Shown here one piece after another: positions 29,572 through 41,254 of a stretch of DNA of 64,000 nucleotides; the stretch's first letter is position 1; each line of letters starts with the position of its first letter. A model generated the notes under the pieces. It saw nothing but the letters and a program-made list of their open reading frames with translations, made no database searches and was not told the origin of the DNA. Position numbers and translations under genes: made by a program. Source of the stretch: Parcubacteria group bacterium Licking1014_17 (GTDB lineage Bacteria > Patescibacteriota > Minisyncoccia > 2-02-FULL-40-12 > IGHO2-01-FULL-4-A); the NCBI GenBank assembly GCA_007376485.1, contig VMGJ01000002.1, positions 15,134 through 79,133 on the forward strand. The letters are read 5' to 3'.

Positions 29572-29908
29572 CTCCGGCGCCTGGACTCGAACCAGGAACC
29601 ATCTCCTTACACATAATCCATTACTTTCGTAGTGGGGTGGACTATATCTTACCCGTGTCCCGTTGTTAGCGGATTTAGGGTTTTCGGTATCTAGTCTCTA
29701 CGGTGTCCCCTCGATTCGGGCTCGCCCTGGGCGAGCTTGTCCTGAGCTCGTCGAAGGACGAAGCGAGTCGAAGGGTTCCCACGGTATTACCCATTCGCCT
29801 ATTGGCAAATTAGGGCTTCACCGTTATCCCGAAAAGTTTCAACCTAAGTTTCCTTAGGAAGCTGCGATAAATTCACAGGGAGCCGCTCTACCATTGAGCT
29901 ACGCCGGA
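29572..29908 (-). tRNA. tRNA-Asn(GUU) interrupted by a roughly 265-nt group I intron in the anticodon loop.
   Basis: The 5' exon (29908..29875) reads TCCGGCG-TA-GCTC-AATGGTA-GAGC-G-GCTCC-CTGT. The 3' exon (29609..29572) reads TAA-GGAGA-TGGTT-CCTGG-TTCGAGT-CCAGG-CGCCGGA-G. Joined, they give the anticodon loop CUGUUAA with a perfect 7-bp acceptor stem. The intervening 265 nt ends in G, follows an exon U, and contains the group I P7 motif GUAGAGACUAGA...AUAGUCC. Confidence 0.6.
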
Positions 29909-29940
29909 ATCTTTTTTATTTAAGGTGCTGCCCATTTCGC

Positions 29941-29986
29941 CCCTCGACCAGCTCGGGGCAAGCCCTTCGACAGGTTCAGGGCAAGC
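29941..29986. repeat. Two tandem units of the dispersed 23-24-nt repeat family.
   Basis: CCCTCGACCAGCTCGGGGCAAGC followed by CCTTCGACAGGTTCAGGGCAAGC. The same family occurs at about 25947, 29700-29770 (inverted, inside the intron) and 49532-49656. Confidence 0.6.
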
Positions 29987-30480
29987 TACGTCGGAATATT
30001 CAGTTTTACATTCAAAGTTTAGCAGATTAAAAACAGAGACACAAGAAGGCAAAATCGTGCGGACTTGACAAAAAAGTAGATATAAGCAAGTATTGAGTCA
30101 GCTGTTTTACAATTCAGCGGAAAGGAGCATGAATTGAGCACAAGGGATTTTCTCGACAGAGAAAAATATAAAGCACCGCTAACTCTCAACCTTTGGATTT
30201 TCTGTGCCAAGGCCGGCCGGTTTTTGAAATACGGGGTGCCGTTGAACTTCTTGCTTAGTTGCCAGCGGGTATGCAAATGGATTTACAGACACACCGGCTT
30301 GTGGCCGAGGCATGAAAGCTTTGGTTTTAAGTGGCGCCAACGCCTCACACGGCTCAAAAAAAAATTGGCCGACGAGGAATACATCCTACAGATTACCAAC
30401 CAGCACGTCCGCGGAGTTGGACTTGGTCGGTATCTAAATCTGAAGTGGATAAGACGACGTTTTTCCAGAATTACCTCCCA

Positions 30481-31524
30481 CTAGTTGGAATGGATAGCCA
30501 AAAGAGACCGAAAAACGGTGTCCGTGTGAGAAATCTTTTCCGTCCACATTTCTATCAGCGCTTTCTCCGAAGGGAAAGGCGCTTTTGTTTTTTTGTATTC
30601 TGGTGTTTTTTCATAATCCAGTTTCAGCTGAGGGTAGATTTTATTCCTATATAATGCCAAAATATTCTCTGCCGCTCCTTGATACTGAGTTTCAATGTGC
30701 CGCAAAACGCCTTCGGAAATTTTATTCCCCTTCTTAATCTCTTCTTCCACATAATTTGACCAGAAGTCTGGAATTTTTATTCCCATGATTACGAAGGCCA
30801 TCTTACTCCAATGGCTGGCTAAATTTTTCTTGTCCAAGCCGATATTATCATCGGCATGGATTTTCAACCCCATCAGTTCCAGCATATTTTTCTGCTCAAG
30901 CCCTATTATTATTCTGCAAACCTCCCCACTGAAGGCCGCGAATTTGCCGTATTTAATATTTGCCATTTTACCCTTTTCTATCTCTTCGGCTATATTATTA
31001 AATTTTCTGGCGATCCAATTGGCGTTGTTAGAGTTAGTAAAATCCACGGCTACCACAACCGGATTTTCGCCGTTTATCTTTAAGATTACATCAACACCAT
31101 TCTCTAAATCATCATATTCCGAGGCCGGATATGCCTCAATGTTGCCTTTAAACCATTCATTCATCAGCCCTATAAATAACGCCTCGGATATTTTGGAATA
31201 CAGATAATTTTTAAGCTCTTCCTCTTTTTCTTTTTCGCCAAATTTCTCGGCGAGGGTTTCCTTAAGCGCTTCAACCCGCTGAATATCCTGTAGTTTCTCC
31301 CGCTCTAAATCTCCCGAATCTTCGGGGTTAACGACTATTTTGGGACGATTATTTTCTAAACCACCGGGGCCAAGAACATATTTTTCGTAAAATTTCCCCT
31401 GCAATTCACTAAGCAAATGTTTGCCTTTTTTATAAGCCATTTCCTCTAAAGAAACATCGCTCTCTTCCGGAGATTTTTCTAACAGCGTAATAACAGTATC
31501 AGAACTTGCAAATTTTTCTCTCAT
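30481..31524 (-). CDS. Hypothetical 347-aa protein, fourth gene of the dnaG/rpoD operon.
   Basis: Begins 8 nt after the rpoD stop. It is acidic and lysine-rich with no motif. Confidence 0.5.
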   Translation of the reverse strand: MREKFASSDTVITLLEKSPEESDVSLEEMAYKKGKHLLSELQGKFYEKYVLGPGGLENNRPKIVVNPEDSGDLEREKLQDIQRVEALKETLAEKFGEKEKEEELKNYLYSKISEALFIGLMNEWFKGNIEAYPASEYDDLENGVDVILKINGENPVVVAVDFTNSNNANWIARKFNNIAEEIEKGKMANIKYGKFAAFSGEVCRIIIGLEQKNMLELMGLKIHADDNIGLDKKNLASHWSKMAFVIMGIKIPDFWSNYVEEEIKKGNKISEGVLRHIETQYQGAAENILALYRNKIYPQLKLDYEKTPEYKKTKAPFPSEKALIEMWTEKISHTDTVFRSLLAIHSN

Positions 31525-31531
31525 ATAATCT

Positions 31532-32758
31532 TTAATATCCTTTTAATTTTTCAGATTTATGATGCTGGCGGATTTTTTCGAGAGCTTTGGCTTCGATTTG
31601 GCGGATTCTTTCGCGGGTGACGCCGAAAACTTTGCCCACTTCTTCCAGAGTATGAGTCACGCCGTCGGCAAGCCCGAAACGCATTTCAAGAATTTTTTGT
31701 TCGCGCGGCGAGAGGTCACTGATGATTTCTTTTAAGTGGTCGCGTAGGATTCTCCTGCCGGCGGTCATTTCGGGCGAAACCGAATCTTCGTCCGCCACAA
31801 AATCGGCCAAGAGCGAATCATCGCCGTCATCCCCTACCGGCGCCTCAAGCGATACGGTGTCCTGCGAGATTTTCATGATGTGCCGGATTTTATCAATATC
31901 TATATTCATCTCGGCGGCAACTTCCTCCGGCAGCGGCTCGCGCCCCAAATCCTGTATCAGCCGGCGCACCACTTGCTGGTATTTGTTTATGGTTTCAATC
32001 ATATGCACCGGAATGCGGATAGTCCGCGCCTGGTCGGCGAGGGCGCGCGTAATCCCCTGCCTGATCCACCAAGTGGCGTAAGTTGAAAATTTAAATCCCT
32101 TTTTGTAATCGAATTTCTCGACGGCGCGGGAAAGACCGATATTTCCCTCCTGAATCAAATCAAGCAGGGTTAGATTCGGGGAACGCCCGACGTATTTTTT
32201 GGCGATAGACACCACAAGGCGGAGGTTCGACAGCATCAGTTTCTGTCTTGCCGATTCGTCTTTCTTTTCAATGCGCTTGGCAAGTTCCGCTTCTTCATCG
32301 CCGGTCAGTAGCGGATATTTCCCGATTTCGCGAAGATACATTTGCACGGAATCCGAACCCGCCTCCAGCTGTTCGGTTTCCAGTTTTTTCTTTTCCTCGT
32401 GTTCCTTGCCCATTCCTTCGGAAAATATCTTCCCGGTATCAAGGATGTTGATGTTGGCGGCTTTCAGCCTTTCATAAAGATATTCAATGCCCTTGACATC
32501 GTCTTCTACATTGGGAAAAGTGTGCAAAATCTCGTATTCCGTGATAAAACCGCGGTGCCTGCCTTTGTCTATCAGGCGTTCAATCATTTCTTCGGCAACA
32601 ACCTGCCTTTTGTGCCTTTTTGCGGGCGCGTTTTTCATCGCCGCCTTTGAAGCGGTTTTTTTTGATATTTTTTTCTTCCGAGCCGGCTTCCTTGTTTTCC
32701 GGGCTTTCCTTGCCGTTCCCGCTTTCTTTTTTTTCTTGGGGCGTGATTTTTTTGCCAT
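31532..32758 (-). CDS. rpoD: Primary sigma factor RpoD with an N-terminal Lys/Arg-rich extension.
   Basis: Contains regions 1.2 to 4, including [27 protein letters not shown] and [21 protein letters not shown]. Confidence 0.9.
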   Translation of the reverse strand: MAKKSRPKKKKKAGTARKARKTRKPARKKKISKKTASKAAMKNAPAKRHKRQVVAEEMIERLIDKGRHRGFITEYEILHTFPNVEDDVKGIEYLYERLKAANINILDTGKIFSEGMGKEHEEKKKLETEQLEAGSDSVQMYLREIGKYPLLTGDEEAELAKRIEKKDESARQKLMLSNLRLVVSIAKKYVGRSPNLTLLDLIQEGNIGLSRAVEKFDYKKGFKFSTYATWWIRQGITRALADQARTIRIPVHMIETINKYQQVVRRLIQDLGREPLPEEVAAEMNIDIDKIRHIMKISQDTVSLEAPVGDDGDDSLLADFVADEDSVSPEMTAGRRILRDHLKEIISDLSPREQKILEMRFGLADGVTHTLEEVGKVFGVTRERIRQIEAKALEKIRQHHKSEKLKGY

Positions 32759-32796
32759 AATTTGTAATTAATAAAAAATAAAAACTCTAAAAAATA

Positions 32797-34611
32797 TTAT
32801 TGGACCAGTTCTTTGGTGAGAGAAGAAAATTCCGCCAGTAATTTAGCCAGTGAAGTTTTGTCGCATGCCTTCTCGGCTCCTTTAATATCATACTCGAGAG
32901 AACCGAGTTTTGCCATAATCCCCTTTCTCTTTATGTGGCAAAGGATATTTTTGAATTCCTCCTCAAGGTGCTCTATGTTCCTGTCCTTCCACAATTCGTC
33001 GGATTTCAGATAAGCAACTTCGATATTCATCGAAATCGGGCTGAACACCGGGTTTCCGGTCAAAGTTTTTACGGCCCAATCGGGCCTATCTTTTTTTACG
33101 GACTCGTCGCCCGCCATAATTTTCAGATGTTCGGCAATGCTTTTGAACGTAGAGGATAAAAACGGAATCGCGGACTCGGGTATTGAGCCGGCTAAGCATG
33201 GCTCTTTTATCAGCAAAGAAATCAAATCCTCTTCAGCCGGGCTTAAAGCGCCGGTAACTTCATGGGCGGTAACGGCTTCCCCCTTCGCCTCCTCGGGCGT
33301 ATAGCTTCTTCGGGCCTTCACATTTGCCAGCTCGCTGTAAATAAAATCATCTTTTACTTTAAGCGCCAAAGCGGCTTCAGCCACCCAGTGAGACTGCTCG
33401 ATTTTATTCGCGATTGACGCCACTAATGGCAATATTTTTTGGGCGAACAACTTTTTCCCCAGAGCAGTTGAAGTATCAAAAACCTTTTTTGATAAATCAA
33501 AAAAGTACGCCATGAACGGCACCGATTTTGAAGCAATCTCCGTCCATCTATCTCCGTATTTTCTTACGTAGTCGGCAGGGTCCTTAATACCTTCTTCGTC
33601 TATTGGTATAACGCCCACGTTTAACCCATGTGACAAGGCAAGGTCAACGCCGCGTTCAAGAGCTATGGCTCCGGCGCTATCGGCATCAAAGCACAAATCA
33701 AGATTGTCGGTGTATCTCTTTATAAGACGAAGCTGGCCATCGGTAAAGGCGGTTCCGGATGATGCGACGGAGTTATCCGCACCCGCCTGATGGGACATAA
33801 TGACATCCATATTACCCTCAACCACCACACAGCGCCCTTTCTGCCTTATCGCCATTTTAGCGTGGTTTAATCCGTAAAGAATTCTGCCTTTGTCATAAAT
33901 CGGTGTCTGTGGGCTGTTCACATATTTCGCCGGGGTTTCCCCCGCCGCTGTGTCTTTACTACCGGTTTCAAAAACTCTGCCGGCAAAACCGACTACTTGG
34001 CTGTTTAGGTCGAAAATCGGAAACATTATCCGCGAGCGGAAACGGTCGTAGTCTTCCCCGCTATTTTCCCTTCTTACGCTCAAACCGGCATCCCGGATTT
34101 CATTACTGTTGAATTTCCTGCCAAGAAAATCTTTAAGCGAACGCCAGCTGTCGGGTGCGAAACCGAGCCGGAATTTTTCTATGGACTCACCGGTAAGTCC
34201 CCTGCCGTAAAGATATTCAAGCGCGCGCTTGCCTGTGGCTGATTCATGAAGCTGTTTTTCAAAAAACTTTGCTGAAAGCTCGCAGATTTCGTAAAGGCGC
34301 GATTTAAGATTCTGGAATTCCGGACGGACGGGTTCAAGCTCCACTCCGGCGCGCGCCGCCAGAATTCGCAGAGCTTCGGGAAATTCCACGCCTTCAATCT
34401 GCCTTATAAAACCAAAAATATCCCCGCCCAGCCCGCAACCGAAGCAATGCCAAATCTGTCTTTCGGGAGAAACAAAAAATGAGCCAGTTTTCTCGTTATG
34501 AAACGGGCACCGGGCTTTGTAATTAATCCCCGCTTTCTGAAGTTTGACATAGCCGCCAATAAGCTCAACTATATCAACCCTGTCTTTGATTTTAGAAATA
34601 TTGTCTTCCAC
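32797..34611 (-). CDS. dnaG: DNA primase DnaG.
   Basis: Has the CHC2 zinc finger (CPFHNEKTGSFFVSPERQIWHCFGCGLGGD), a TOPRIM domain (VVVEGNMDV...DADSAG), and a C-terminal helicase-binding region. Confidence 0.9.
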   Translation of the reverse strand: MEDNISKIKDRVDIVELIGGYVKLQKAGINYKARCPFHNEKTGSFFVSPERQIWHCFGCGLGGDIFGFIRQIEGVEFPEALRILAARAGVELEPVRPEFQNLKSRLYEICELSAKFFEKQLHESATGKRALEYLYGRGLTGESIEKFRLGFAPDSWRSLKDFLGRKFNSNEIRDAGLSVRRENSGEDYDRFRSRIMFPIFDLNSQVVGFAGRVFETGSKDTAAGETPAKYVNSPQTPIYDKGRILYGLNHAKMAIRQKGRCVVVEGNMDVIMSHQAGADNSVASSGTAFTDGQLRLIKRYTDNLDLCFDADSAGAIALERGVDLALSHGLNVGVIPIDEEGIKDPADYVRKYGDRWTEIASKSVPFMAYFFDLSKKVFDTSTALGKKLFAQKILPLVASIANKIEQSHWVAEAALALKVKDDFIYSELANVKARRSYTPEEAKGEAVTAHEVTGALSPAEEDLISLLIKEPCLAGSIPESAIPFLSSTFKSIAEHLKIMAGDESVKKDRPDWAVKTLTGNPVFSPISMNIEVAYLKSDELWKDRNIEHLEEEFKNILCHIKRKGIMAKLGSLEYDIKGAEKACDKTSLAKLLAEFSSLTKELVQ

Positions 34612-34717
34612 GCTGGAGGGATAGTTTCTGAATTATAACACAGGCTGTCAAGGGATTGCAAAAAGGAAAAGAGTTCCCAGGCATCGGGGAACTCTTTAAA
34701 AACTCCACACAAAAGAC

Positions 34718-35134
34718 TTATTTCGGGAGATGAAACCGGAAAAGAACCGGTTCCACGGAGTCAGCTCCGGCAAGCACAACGATGGTTTTACCGTCGGCTC
34801 GAATAAGCTTGGGAAACTTATCTATCCCGTAATGAATTGCATTGAGAATTCTCCCAATATCCACATCTTTCAGAACGCCAATCCCTGAACCTTGTGATTT
34901 CCAGTCTTCCGCCGTAGGGTCCGCAACGACGCAGTCGGCTGTCAACATGTTAGTCATGTTTAATTTATATTCCGAAGTTGTGCCAATGTACATCTCCACA
35001 CTTGTCACAATCAGTTCCCGCGTGAAAATAGAACCCGGCATTTCTTTCAAAAGATTCAAAATCCTTTCTTTCTTTTTTGCTGGGAATTGTTGTTCTTTCT
35101 TTTGCATCACCTCGATGCCCTTTCTGATCAACAT
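34718..35134 (-). CDS. Hypothetical 138-aa protein.
   Basis: Clean ORF with no motif. Confidence 0.4.
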   Translation of the reverse strand: MLIRKGIEVMQKKEQQFPAKKKERILNLLKEMPGSIFTRELIVTSVEMYIGTTSEYKLNMTNMLTADCVVADPTAEDWKSQGSGIGVLKDVDIGRILNAIHYGIDKFPKLIRADGKTIVVLAGADSVEPVLFRFHLPK

Positions 35135-35220
35135 AAATCCCCCCTATTTTCTACTCTTCGGCAATTTAGGTAGTGAATAATCTACGGATTGCTTTCGGGA
35201 AAATTTGAATTTATATCCCG

Positions 35221-35415
35221 TCAAAATCCAAAAAATATCCACCAAGTAATCCACAGAGAAAGCCGTAAAAAGTAACCCGCAGAGAACAAAAAACACTTTC
35301 CCCCCATAGTTAAATTTTCGCCGTCCAATACCTCCAGAAAAAAGAATACCACTAATGCATAGCAGATAATCAACAAAACCAAATCAACAATCAAGTCTTT
35401 TCTTTTGGGACCCAT
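35221..35415 (-). CDS. Small two-helix membrane protein, the duplicated copy.
   Basis: A GGGAGG ribosome-binding site lies 5 nt before the ATG at 35415. It is a distant paralog of the 35494..35805 gene. Confidence 0.35.
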   Translation of the reverse strand: MGPKRKDLIVDLVLLIICYALVVFFFLEVLDGENLTMGGKCFLFSAGYFLRLSLWITWWIFFGF

Positions 35416-35425
35416 CTTCGCCTCC

Positions 35426-35509
35426 CTATTTTCTGCCCTCAACAACTTGGGCGGTTATGTTCTGTGGTACCTCTTCGTAAGATTGGAACTCTATTATTTG
35501 TAGAATATC
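35426..35509 (-). pseudogene. Duplicated fragment of the fusA 3' end.
   Basis: Encodes ...[21 protein letters not shown] against the fusA C-terminus [21 protein letters not shown]. The post-stop CCCTATTT(T/C)C(T/C)GCCC sequence is duplicated too. Confidence 0.6.
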
Positions 35510-35805
35510 CTAAGCCTGGGATTCAATATTCTCATAACCTCCAGAATCCATCCCTTGGGATCCTTGCCTGTAAAAAGGCTACGGACCAAGACGGCGAATA
35601 GCCCAACTAACATGGCAGGTGGAATTATGCAACAAATGATTTCGGCGATTCTCCGCTGGGTATCAACTTTATACCAATCCACTAAGATTTCGGTTTTGCA
35701 CATGTAAAACCACATGAGCAAAAGAACTGCGCAAATGACTATATCTGCGGCACCTAGGTACTTAAGCATCTTGCGATTCCGATCCATTGTTTCCTGATCC
35801 ATCAA
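35494..35805 (-). CDS. Small membrane protein of 103 aa.
   Basis: An AGGAGG ribosome-binding site precedes its start. It has two transmembrane helices with cysteine pairs and sits directly after the fusA stop. Confidence 0.4.
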   Translation of the reverse strand: MMDQETMDRNRKMLKYLGAADIVICAVLLLMWFYMCKTEILVDWYKVDTQRRIAEIICCIIPPAMLVGLFAVLVRSLFTGKDPKGWILEVMRILNPRLRIFYK

Positions 35806-35811
35806 CCCCTC

Positions 35812-37923
<2,112 letters not shown>

Positions 37924-37972
37924 TATAAACTACGCCGGATTTCGCTCCGTTCATCCGCTTTAATATATTTAT

Positions 37973-38440
37973 TTACCACGCAAAATGGGCGAACGCTTTG
38001 TTGGCTTCCGCCATCCTGTGCATATCCATTTTCTTTTTTACGGCCGTGCCGGTGTTGTTGACCGCGTCAATTATTTCTTTAGCCAAAAGTTCCGCCATCG
38101 GCTTCCCTTTGCCGTTTCTTGCGCTTTCGATAATCCAGCGCAAAGCCAGGAGAATTTTTCTTTCCGCCCGAACCTCGTAAGGCACCTGGTAATTGGCGCC
38201 GCCGATTCTGCGAGATTTTAATTCAAGCTGGGGACCGGCGTTTTCAATAGCCAAAGCCATAACTTCCAGCACCGGTTTTCCGACTGCTTTTTCGGCTTTT
38301 TCCAACGCGTCATAAACAATTTTCTGGGCAATGGATTTCTTACCCGCCTGCATCACCATATTTATAAGCTTGGCGACAATCGGCGAAGCAAAACGCAGGT
38401 CAGGCTTAGTAATTATTTTATGTTTAATCTTTTTCCTCAT
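37973..38440 (-). CDS. rpsG: 30S ribosomal protein S7.
   Basis: 155 aa with conserved ...GKKSIAQKIVYDA...RRIGGANYQVP... Confidence 0.95.
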   Translation of the reverse strand: MRKKIKHKIITKPDLRFASPIVAKLINMVMQAGKKSIAQKIVYDALEKAEKAVGKPVLEVMALAIENAGPQLELKSRRIGGANYQVPYEVRAERKILLALRWIIESARNGKGKPMAELLAKEIIDAVNNTGTAVKKKMDMHRMAEANKAFAHFAW

Positions 38441-38448
38441 CCCGTTTA

Positions 38449-38859
38449 TTATTTAGGTCTTTTCACTCCGTACTTACTCCTCCCTCTTTTGCGGTTCTCA
38501 ACGCCCGCGGCGTCAAGCATGCCGCGGACAATGTGATATTGGACGCCCGGCAAATCTTTCACCCTTCCGCCGCGGACAACGACGATTGAGTGTTCCTGCA
38601 AATTATGTCCGACACCCGGTATGTATGCCGTAATTTCCATTCCGTTCGTAAGACGGACGCGAGCGATTTTCCGCAGAGCCGAATTCGGTTTTTTCGGCGT
38701 GACAGTCGTTACCTTGGTCAGAACACCCCTTTTAAAAGGAGAAAATCTGCTTATGGGCCGGTTTTTGATGGTATTAAAATTAAAAGACAGCGCGGGCGAA
38801 CGCGATTTTGTTTTCTGCCCTTTTCTGGCGCCTTTTAATAATTGATTAAATGTCGGCAT
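38449..38859 (-). CDS. rpsL: 30S ribosomal protein S12, with a roughly 12-aa insertion near the N-terminus.
   Basis: Has the [10 protein letters not shown] motif and ...[19 protein letters not shown]. Confidence 0.95.
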   Translation of the reverse strand: MPTFNQLLKGARKGQKTKSRSPALSFNFNTIKNRPISRFSPFKRGVLTKVTTVTPKKPNSALRKIARVRLTNGMEITAYIPGVGHNLQEHSIVVVRGGRVKDLPGVQYHIVRGMLDAAGVENRKRGRSKYGVKRPK

Positions 38860-38910
38860 AACGCTCTTTTTTGACTTTATAAAAGCCGCCGCGTGGCGGA
38901 CTTATTGGAT

Positions 38911-39549
38911 TTATCCTGTCCCTATAATAAGTCCAAACAGAAAATTAATCAAGGGGTAAAATAACGGGAATATGAAGAATATGAAAAGCACGAAAATTAT
39001 CATACTGTACCGCAGAAGAAAATACTTGAAAGCGTCATATTTACTGGAAAGAAAAGTAAACAACAGCCAGTGGCCGTCAAGAGGCGGAATCGGTATTATG
39101 TTAAATATCGCCAATAAAATATTCATCCAGACGATATAGCCGAATAACTGGAATAAGTTGCTGTTGCCGTTCAGGGGTGTATGAGCCAGCACTCTCCATA
39201 GAACACCGAATATTACCGCAAGGATAATATTGGATAACGGACCCGCGAGCGCCACTTTGAAAGTCCCCCACTTTTTGTCGCGGAGATTGTTGGGATTATA
39301 CGGCACCGGCTTTGCGTAGCCGAAAACAAATCTGCCTATGCCCAAGCCGCTACTGGCAATTATGAACAATATCGGCAAAATAACGGAACCGAACAAATCC
39401 AGGTGCTTCAACGGATTAAGCGTCAGCCTGCCCTGGTTTTTGGCCGTCGGGTCTCCTAAACTGTTGGCGACGACGCCGTGGGACAGTTCATGGAGGACAA
39501 CCGAAAACAAAATCACTATGATTTGGAAAACAATAATCATAAAACCCAT
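38911..39549 (-). CDS. Site-2 protease-like M50 family membrane metalloprotease.
   Basis: Has the HELSHG zinc motif inside a transmembrane helix and is polytopic, 212 aa. Confidence 0.7.
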   Translation of the reverse strand: MGFMIIVFQIIVILFSVVLHELSHGVVANSLGDPTAKNQGRLTLNPLKHLDLFGSVILPILFIIASSGLGIGRFVFGYAKPVPYNPNNLRDKKWGTFKVALAGPLSNIILAVIFGVLWRVLAHTPLNGNSNLFQLFGYIVWMNILLAIFNIIPIPPLDGHWLLFTFLSSKYDAFKYFLLRYSMIIFVLFIFFIFPLFYPLINFLFGLIIGTG

Positions 39550-39756
39550 TGTATTGTAAAATTAGCAGTTTTTTGCTAATATGTAAACATAATATTAATA
39601 GTTTATTGAATAATGCCTTATAGCACCGTTGGAATCATAAATTGCACGGTCTTGAGCTCTTGGCGAAAGAATTTATGATTTCACCGGAACGAGCAAACCT
39701 CGCCGGGGTTTGCGAGTGGTGATAAAAGGCGTTATTCAATTATATTAACGACATTC

Positions 39757-39945
39757 ATGACCCGTTGTCCCAAATGCGGCAAAAAACCAATGACGGCGAA
39801 CAAGCGCAAACTCTTGCGCGGTCATTATAATCCCGTAAACAGGTACCGCAAATATCCAAATCTCCAGTGGGCGTTGGTTGGCGGCAAGCGGATGAAAATC
39901 TGCACGTCTTGCATCCGGACTCTCTCAAAAACAAAATCCGCTTAA
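39757..39945 (+). CDS. rpmB: 50S ribosomal protein L28 (zinc-ribbon form).
   Basis: MTRCPKCGKKP...RKYPNLQWA...GKRMKICTSCIRTL, a C4-type bL28. Confidence 0.75.
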   Translation: MTRCPKCGKKPMTANKRKLLRGHYNPVNRYRKYPNLQWALVGGKRMKICTSCIRTLSKTKSA

Positions 39946-39992
39946 TCCGGAGATGTTTTCTTATGGACAATCGCCCTCCAGGGCGGTATTTT

Positions 39993-40030
39993 TATATTAT
40001 CGGGCTGTGGTGTAATGGCAGCACGAGTCC
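39993..40030 (+). other. tRNA 5'-half-like fragment. Its acceptor strand is complementary to the fragment at 40193..40232.
   Basis: CGGGCTG-TG-GTGT-AATGGCA-GCAC-G-AGTCC-ATGGGGG, with an intact acceptor strand and D-arm. No matching anticodon 3' stem follows. Confidence 0.4.
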
Positions 40031-40099
40031 ATGGGGGTTGAAGTAAACGATTTTACTTCAACGGGAATTTTAGAAAAATTTATTTTTCGTCGTCGCGGT

Positions 40100-40174
40100 C
40101 GGGCCGTAGTGTACCGGTAACATACACCCTTGGGGTGGGTGCGATAGCGGGTTCGATTCCCGCCGGCCCGACCA
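40100..40174 (+). tRNA. tRNA-Pro(GGG), with the CCA encoded.
   Basis: CGGGCCG-TA-GTGT-ACCGGTA-ACAT-A-CACCC-TTGGGGT-GGGTG-CGATA-GCGGG-TTCGATT-CCCGC-CGGCCCG-A-CCA. Confidence 0.8.
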
Positions 40175-40192
40175 GGGCGACGAAAATTCCCC

Positions 40193-40232
40193 GGAGGTTG
40201 TAGACCGGGTCCAACTCCCGGCAGCCCGACCA
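40193..40232 (+). other. tRNA 3'-half-like fragment (T-arm plus acceptor plus CCA) pairing with the 39993..40030 fragment.
   Basis: ...CCGGG-TCCAACT-CCCGG-CAGCCCG-A-CCA. CAGCCCG is the exact complement of CGGGCTG at 39993. Confidence 0.4.
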
Positions 40233-40242
40233 ATTCAATTTC

Positions 40243-41148
40243 TCATTTTCTTCCTATCGAAAAAACAAACGTTTTATAATACCGCGCGGGGAGAAATTGT
40301 TTTTTGAAGTCCAAGGGACTGCCTTTTTCGACGCCGCCCATATCAACGGTTTTATATCCCGCTTTTTTCAGCCATTCAAGGTCCTCCAGATAAAGCATCA
40401 AACCCAAATCATGGACGGAGTAATCATGGATGCCGATAGCGGCATAAAAATCGGTTGAATTCGGAATCGGCCAACCGGCGTTGAAACCAACAACTCTTCC
40501 GCCAACAATCATAGCTCGGGCAGTTTTGGCACAGCGGAAATTTGCGTCAATAATTGAATGATATTCATGGGCATAAGCCCTATCCCCGTATTTTCTGTGT
40601 TTTTTCCATTCATCAACAATCCGATACAGTTCTTCTTTCGGCGTTTTTGAAATATCCAAAATTTCGACTTTATGCTCGCGGTAGAATTTGCTTTTCGCGT
40701 TGCGGATTGATTTAAAATGGCTGCCGGGCAGAGCCGGATCAAATTTGTCCATATTCATAATCGGCCAGACTAAAGTGTAAGCGATGGGACGTGCCCGCAG
40801 GTTTTTGGGCATAAGCTGCAAAATCTGCCGCCTGACTGTTTCAGAGACTTCGGTCCAGAATTTTTCCGTTTCCGGGCTTTTGAACACTTCCCCACAAAAA
40901 TCTATTATTTTCCTGCCACCGTCCAAAATCGGAGCGATAGGTTCGGAAAATGTGCACCATTCTTTTTTTCTGCGGGTCAAAAAAAGCATTTCACCGCCAG
41001 GCCAAAAAGCAAAATATCTTTTTTCTTTGGGACTTGAATAAATATGGAACCATTCTAAATTGTGTTCCGGGGCGTAACCGAATTTTGCGATTGACGATTG
41101 CGCGCGGCCCGTTATTTCTTTGCTTCCGTCATCTTCAACCAGTTCCAT
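40243..41148 (-). CDS. DUF2156-like (MprF C-terminal / aminoacyl-tRNA-dependent transferase-like) protein. The assignment is tentative.
   Basis: 301-aa soluble protein next to the tRNA-Pro gene. The call rests on weak similarity in motif spacing only. Confidence 0.35.
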   Translation of the reverse strand: MELVEDDGSKEITGRAQSSIAKFGYAPEHNLEWFHIYSSPKEKRYFAFWPGGEMLFLTRRKKEWCTFSEPIAPILDGGRKIIDFCGEVFKSPETEKFWTEVSETVRRQILQLMPKNLRARPIAYTLVWPIMNMDKFDPALPGSHFKSIRNAKSKFYREHKVEILDISKTPKEELYRIVDEWKKHRKYGDRAYAHEYHSIIDANFRCAKTARAMIVGGRVVGFNAGWPIPNSTDFYAAIGIHDYSVHDLGLMLYLEDLEWLKKAGYKTVDMGGVEKGSPLDFKKQFLPARYYKTFVFSIGRK

Positions 41149-41254
41149 AAATTCAATATACCAAAAAAATCCCGGTATTCATATGATACTTTTTATAAAA
41201 AATAAAAAGAGCCGACCCGGGCTGTCGGCTCTCAAATCCTTTATTCTGATGCTG

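Noticed and set aside
29663-29857. ORF 29663..29857 (+), 64 aa.
   Set aside because: It lies entirely within the group I intron on the opposite strand. Its PELVEGR-type peptide is the translation of the dispersed repeat.
29572-29908. tmRNA (ssrA) hypothesis for the 337-nt tRNA-like locus.
   Set aside because: The 5' end has a canonical D-stem and D-loop, which tmRNA lacks. There is no tag-peptide reading frame ending in ...ALAA*. The interior carries group I P7 motifs and obeys the U|...G| splice rule, so a group I intron in tRNA-Asn explains it better.
39997-40233. ORF 39997..40233 (-), 78 aa.
   Set aside because: It overlaps tRNA-Pro and the tRNA-like fragments, and its sequence is Arg/Pro-rich and non-protein-like.
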